From Miltoncostaeaceae bacterium (GTDB lineage: Bacteria; Actinomycetota; Thermoleophilia; Miltoncostaeales; Miltoncostaeaceae), in contig CAVVMP010000007.1 in the NCBI GenBank assembly GCA_963749475.1, positions 1-24,000 on the forward strand: a stretch of DNA of 24,000 bases, written 5' to 3'. The translations under genes and the position numbers were made by a program. Shown in pieces: positions 17,844-24,000 of the stretch; the stretch's first letter is position 1; each line of letters starts with the position of its first letter. Below the pieces are notes generated by a model that worked only from the letters and a program-made list of their open reading frames with translations, did not search any database and was not told the DNA's origin.

Positions 17844-18282
17844 CTAGCCCCGGGTCGCGGCCCCCGTCTTCTCCGAAACTGCTCGACCCTGCGGCCGGGT
17901 CCACGCCATCAGCTTGCAGGCAGGGACCGGGGCCGTGCGCGCCGCCGACGGGTACGAGGCGCGGTACGCGGTGGGGGTCACCCCGAACGCCCGCTTGAAC
18001 GATGTCGTGAACGACCCGACGCTCGCGAGCCCCACCTCCGCGCAGATCCGGGCGACCGAATGGTCGGTGCCGCGCAGCAGGGCCGCCGCCCGCTCCAGGC
18101 GCCGGGTGAGCAGGTACTGGTGCGGCGTCTCCCCGAAGGCCCGTTTGAACTGGCGGCTGAAGTGGGCGGGGGAGGCGTGCGCCGCCCGCGCCAGGGCGTT
18201 GAACGTCGAGGGGCTCGGCGTAGCGCGCGTCGATCAGGTCGCGGGCGCGCAGCAGGTGGCGGACGGGCGGGACGGGGGTCAC
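17844..18282 (-). pseudogene. AraC-family HTH regulator (short form), frame-disrupted as assembled (apparent 1-nt insertion at about 18204)
   Basis: The frame from GTG 18282 reads MTPVPPVRHLLRARDLIDARYAEPLD and then junk. After skipping one base, the frame ending at 17844 reads FNALARAAHASPAHFSRQFKRAFGETPHQYLLTRRLERAAALLRGTDHSVARICAEVGLASVGSFTTSFKRAFGVTPTAYR. That is a complete AraC double HTH. Confidence 0.75.
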
Positions 18283-18292
18283 GTCCCCATCC

Positions 18293-18886
18293 TCACGCGT
18301 CGGCCCGCGCGCGGGCCACCGACGGCGGCCGCACCGCGAACGCCCCGATCCGGCCGGACGCCGTCTCGATCACCGTCATGCACGCGTTCGGCACCGGCAC
18401 CAGCGACCACGGCGAGAGGCCCGCCAGCTCCGCCACCGCCGCCCGCACCGGGCCGCCGTGCGTGACCACCACCGCGCACCGCAGCCCCCGCGCCACCAGG
18501 TCGCGGACCGCCGCCCCCGCCCGCGTGCGCATGTCGTCGAAGCTCTCGCCGCCGGGGGGCCGCTCCAGCCCCTCCCGCCAGCGCCCGAACGCACCGGACG
18601 GGTCGGCCATCAGCTCCTCCGCCGCCCGGCCCGTCCATTCGCCCATCGCGCTCTCCCGCCACCGGGCGTCCGTCTCCACCGGGCCGGCGCCCAGCAGCTC
18701 CGCCGTCTCCCGCGCCCGGGCCAGGTCCGACGACACCACCGCGTCCGGCGCCTGCGCCGCCACCATCGGCGCCAGCCGTCGCGCCTCCTCGCGCCCCTCC
18801 GGGCTGAGCGGGGGATCGGCCTGCCCCTGCACCCGCCCGCTGGCGTTCCACTCCGACAGGCCGTGGCGGACCAGGATCAGGCGCAC
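18293..18886 (-). CDS. Histidine phosphatase family protein (phosphoglycerate-mutase-like)
   Basis: MRLILVRHGLSEWN carries the RHG motif. The product also has SSDLARARETAE and VVVTHGG (the second catalytic His). It is 197 aa. Its stop lies 10 nt upstream of the AraC start. Confidence 0.85.
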   Translation of the reverse strand: MRLILVRHGLSEWNASGRVQGQADPPLSPEGREEARRLAPMVAAQAPDAVVSSDLARARETAELLGAGPVETDARWRESAMGEWTGRAAEELMADPSGAFGRWREGLERPPGGESFDDMRTRAGAAVRDLVARGLRCAVVVTHGGPVRAAVAELAGLSPWSLVPVPNACMTVIETASGRIGAFAVRPPSVARARADA

Positions 18887-19067
18887 GCGCGGAGGTTACG
18901 GCCACGGGCGGCGGCGCGCCCCGTGCGCCCCTCCCGCGCCTTCGGTGCGGCATCCCCGCGCCAGGGTGGCGCAGGACCCCGATGCCCGCGCGAGCCGCCA
19001 CCGCGAGGGTCACGGCGTCGATACCAACCCGCGTCGCGCAACGTGCGCCGCTCACCTGGAGGACAGC

Positions 19068-19673
19068 GTGAATCGTCAGACCGTACGCAAGATGTTCTGG
19101 ATCGGGGGGCTCGCAGCCGGTGCGCTGCTCGTCGTGCTCGGCGCGATCTGGATCTGGCAGGGGGCCTCGGCGCGAAGCGAGGTGCACGACACCATCAGCC
19201 GCGAGCAGATCACGGGGACCCCCGACATGAGTCCCACGACGTTCAAGGGCGAGGTGGCGGGCGTCGAGACGCCGACGTGCGACGTCGCCGGCGAGGAGAT
19301 CGACACGGGCTCGGAGGCGCGCTGCTTCGCCGACTGGATGCGGGTCCACGCCCTCGAAGGCACCGGGGGCCGGACGTTCTCCCAGATGGGCCGCTACCTC
19401 GACGCGAACGGCAAGGAGACCAACGACCCCGCGCAGGCCGCGAAGGACCCGAAGACCGGCCAGCCCGTCACCAACGGCGCCCGCGACCTGTGGGTCACGC
19501 AGCGCGCGCTCGCGACCGGCCTGGAGCTCGCGTTCGTGGGCGAGCAGATCTCCCTGTTCTCGATCGCCACGGGAGTGGTCTTCGCGATCATCGGCATCGG
19601 CCTGCTCGTGATGCTCACCGTCGGCGGCGTGCTCGCCCCCCGGACGCCGGAGGCGCCGGGACCAAGCCGCTAG
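19068..19673 (+). CDS. Conserved membrane protein with N- and C-terminal transmembrane helices
   Basis: GTG 19068 lies 4 nt after GGAGGA (19058-19063). The N-terminal TM helix is MFWIGGLAAGALLVVLGAIWIW. A soluble middle region follows. The C-terminal TM helix is ISLFSIATGVVFAIIGIGLLVMLTVGGVL. Only the last 201 codons of ORF 17697..19673 look coding. Confidence 0.65.
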   Translation: MNRQTVRKMFWIGGLAAGALLVVLGAIWIWQGASARSEVHDTISREQITGTPDMSPTTFKGEVAGVETPTCDVAGEEIDTGSEARCFADWMRVHALEGTGGRTFSQMGRYLDANGKETNDPAQAAKDPKTGQPVTNGARDLWVTQRALATGLELAFVGEQISLFSIATGVVFAIIGIGLLVMLTVGGVLAPRTPEAPGPSR

Positions 19674-19683
19674 GCTCCGCCGT

Positions 19684-20372
19684 GTGATCGACGTGTGCGT
19701 CTCCGGCGCGGCCGGGCGGATGGGCAGGGCGGTGGTCGGCGCGGTCGGCACGGAGGCCGACATGCGCGTGGCGATGATCGTCGACCCCGTCCTGGCCGGC
19801 GAGCCGGACGGCTACCCCGACGTCGCGGCGGCGTTCGCCGCCGCGACGCCGGACGTGATGGTGGACTTCACGATCCCGGAGACCGTCTTCGCCAACGCGA
19901 CGGCGGCCCTCCGGGCGGGGGTCCACGTCGTCGTGGGGACGACGGGGCTCACCGACGAGCAGGTCGCCGAGATCCGCGGCCTCGCCGAGTCCGGCCCGGC
20001 GAACGCGCTGATCGCACCGAACTTCGCCGTCGGCGCGGTGCTGATGATGCGCTTCGCGGCGGAGGCGTCGAAGCACATGCGCAAGGCGGAGATCATCGAG
20101 CTGCACCACGACCGCAAGCTCGACGCCCCGTCCGGCACCGCGCTGCGGACGGCGTCGCTCATGGAGGGCGACCCCGTCGTGCATTCCGTGCGCCTCCCCG
20201 GCCTGGTCGCGCACCAGGAGGTGATCCTCGGCGGCCACGACGAGACCCTCACGATCCGGCACGACAGCCTCTCCCGCGAGAGCTTCATGCCCGGCGTGGT
20301 GCTCGCCGTGCGCGCGGTCGCCGGCCGCCCCGGCCTGACCCTCGGGCTGGAGCCGCTGCTCTTCGGGGGCTG

Positions 20373-20373
<1 letters not shown>
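19684..20373 (+). CDS. dapB: 4-hydroxy-tetrahydrodipicolinate reductase
   Basis: The dinucleotide-binding motif is VSGAAGRMGR. The DapB signature is EIIELHHDRKLDAPSGTA. The C-terminus reads LTIRHDSLSRESFMPGVVLAV. The product is 229 aa. Confidence 0.9.
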
Positions 20374-23838
<3,465 letters not shown>

Positions 23839-23871
23839 GATCGGCGGACGTCCCGACCCGCGGAGGTACGC

Positions 23872-24000
23872 ATGAGCGAGTGGAGCAAGGTCGCCGAGGG
23901 CGACGTCGAGGAGCGCGAGCGCCGCGGCGGCGGACCCGCATCGCGCGACCTGGCGGGGGCGCTCGGCGCCGGCACCATGACGCTGCGGGTGTGGCGCTAC
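23872..24000 (+). CDS. Hypothetical protein, 5' part only (runs off the window); possibly cupin-like
   Basis: ATG 23872 lies 5 nt after GGAGG. The 43 codons MSEWSKVAEGDVEERERRGGGPASRDLAGALGAGTMTLRVWRY have high GC3. The fragment is too short for a family call. Confidence 0.4.
   Translation, partial: MSEWSKVAEGDVEERERRGGGPASRDLAGALGAGTMTLRVWRY

Noticed and set aside
17381-18886. The histidine phosphatase-AraC-VOC minus-strand trio as a candidate novel system.
   Set aside because: - All three are common, individually well known families.
- The AraC+VOC pairing is a frequent housekeeping or detoxification-type arrangement.
- Nothing in the sequence (extra domains, repeats, unusual composition) sets it apart.

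Overview
This is a very GC-rich chromosomal core segment (by eye above 70% GC, with strong GC3 bias) whose gene order matches Actinomycetota. On the + strand, rimP-nusA-ylxR-infB-DUF503-rbfA-nrnA-truB-ribF-hypothetical form a near-gapless gene train with overlapping stop and start codons. It is followed by rpsO-pnp-M16 peptidase and dapB-pyc. Small accessory-type genes are interspersed: a SnoaL-like protein, a GAF/LuxR regulator, an ABM-like protein, a SAM methyltransferase, a small possible wHTH protein, an Asp/Glu-racemase-superfamily protein, a histidine phosphatase-AraC-VOC trio, and a 2-TM membrane protein.

I found no rRNA, tRNA, CRISPR array, transposase or integrase, and no recognisable defence or secondary-metabolite cluster. 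I see no evidence for a novel multi-gene system; this is mostly an ordinary housekeeping region.

Five things are not explained by the gene list:
1. A 166-bp concentric imperfect palindrome exactly fills the infB/DUF503 gap and has a perfect, AT-richer 12-bp apical stem.
2. The only canonical intrinsic terminator I noticed (8-bp stem plus T6) sits about 30 nt upstream of the rimP start, inside the nusA-operon leader. An anti-SD-like 7-mer upstream can pair with either of two GGGAGGTG copies.
3. At least seven single-nucleotide frame disruptions occur in otherwise well conserved genes: four in pyc and one each in infB, an AraC regulator and a methyltransferase. The pattern fits consensus or sequencing indels better than biology.
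4. NusA carries a C-x9-C-x10-C-x4-H C-terminal tail.
5. One member of the Asp/Glu racemase / maleate isomerase superfamily contains no cysteine.

Many long ORFs in the six-frame track are GC-driven shadow ORFs or spurious 5' extensions and were rejected.
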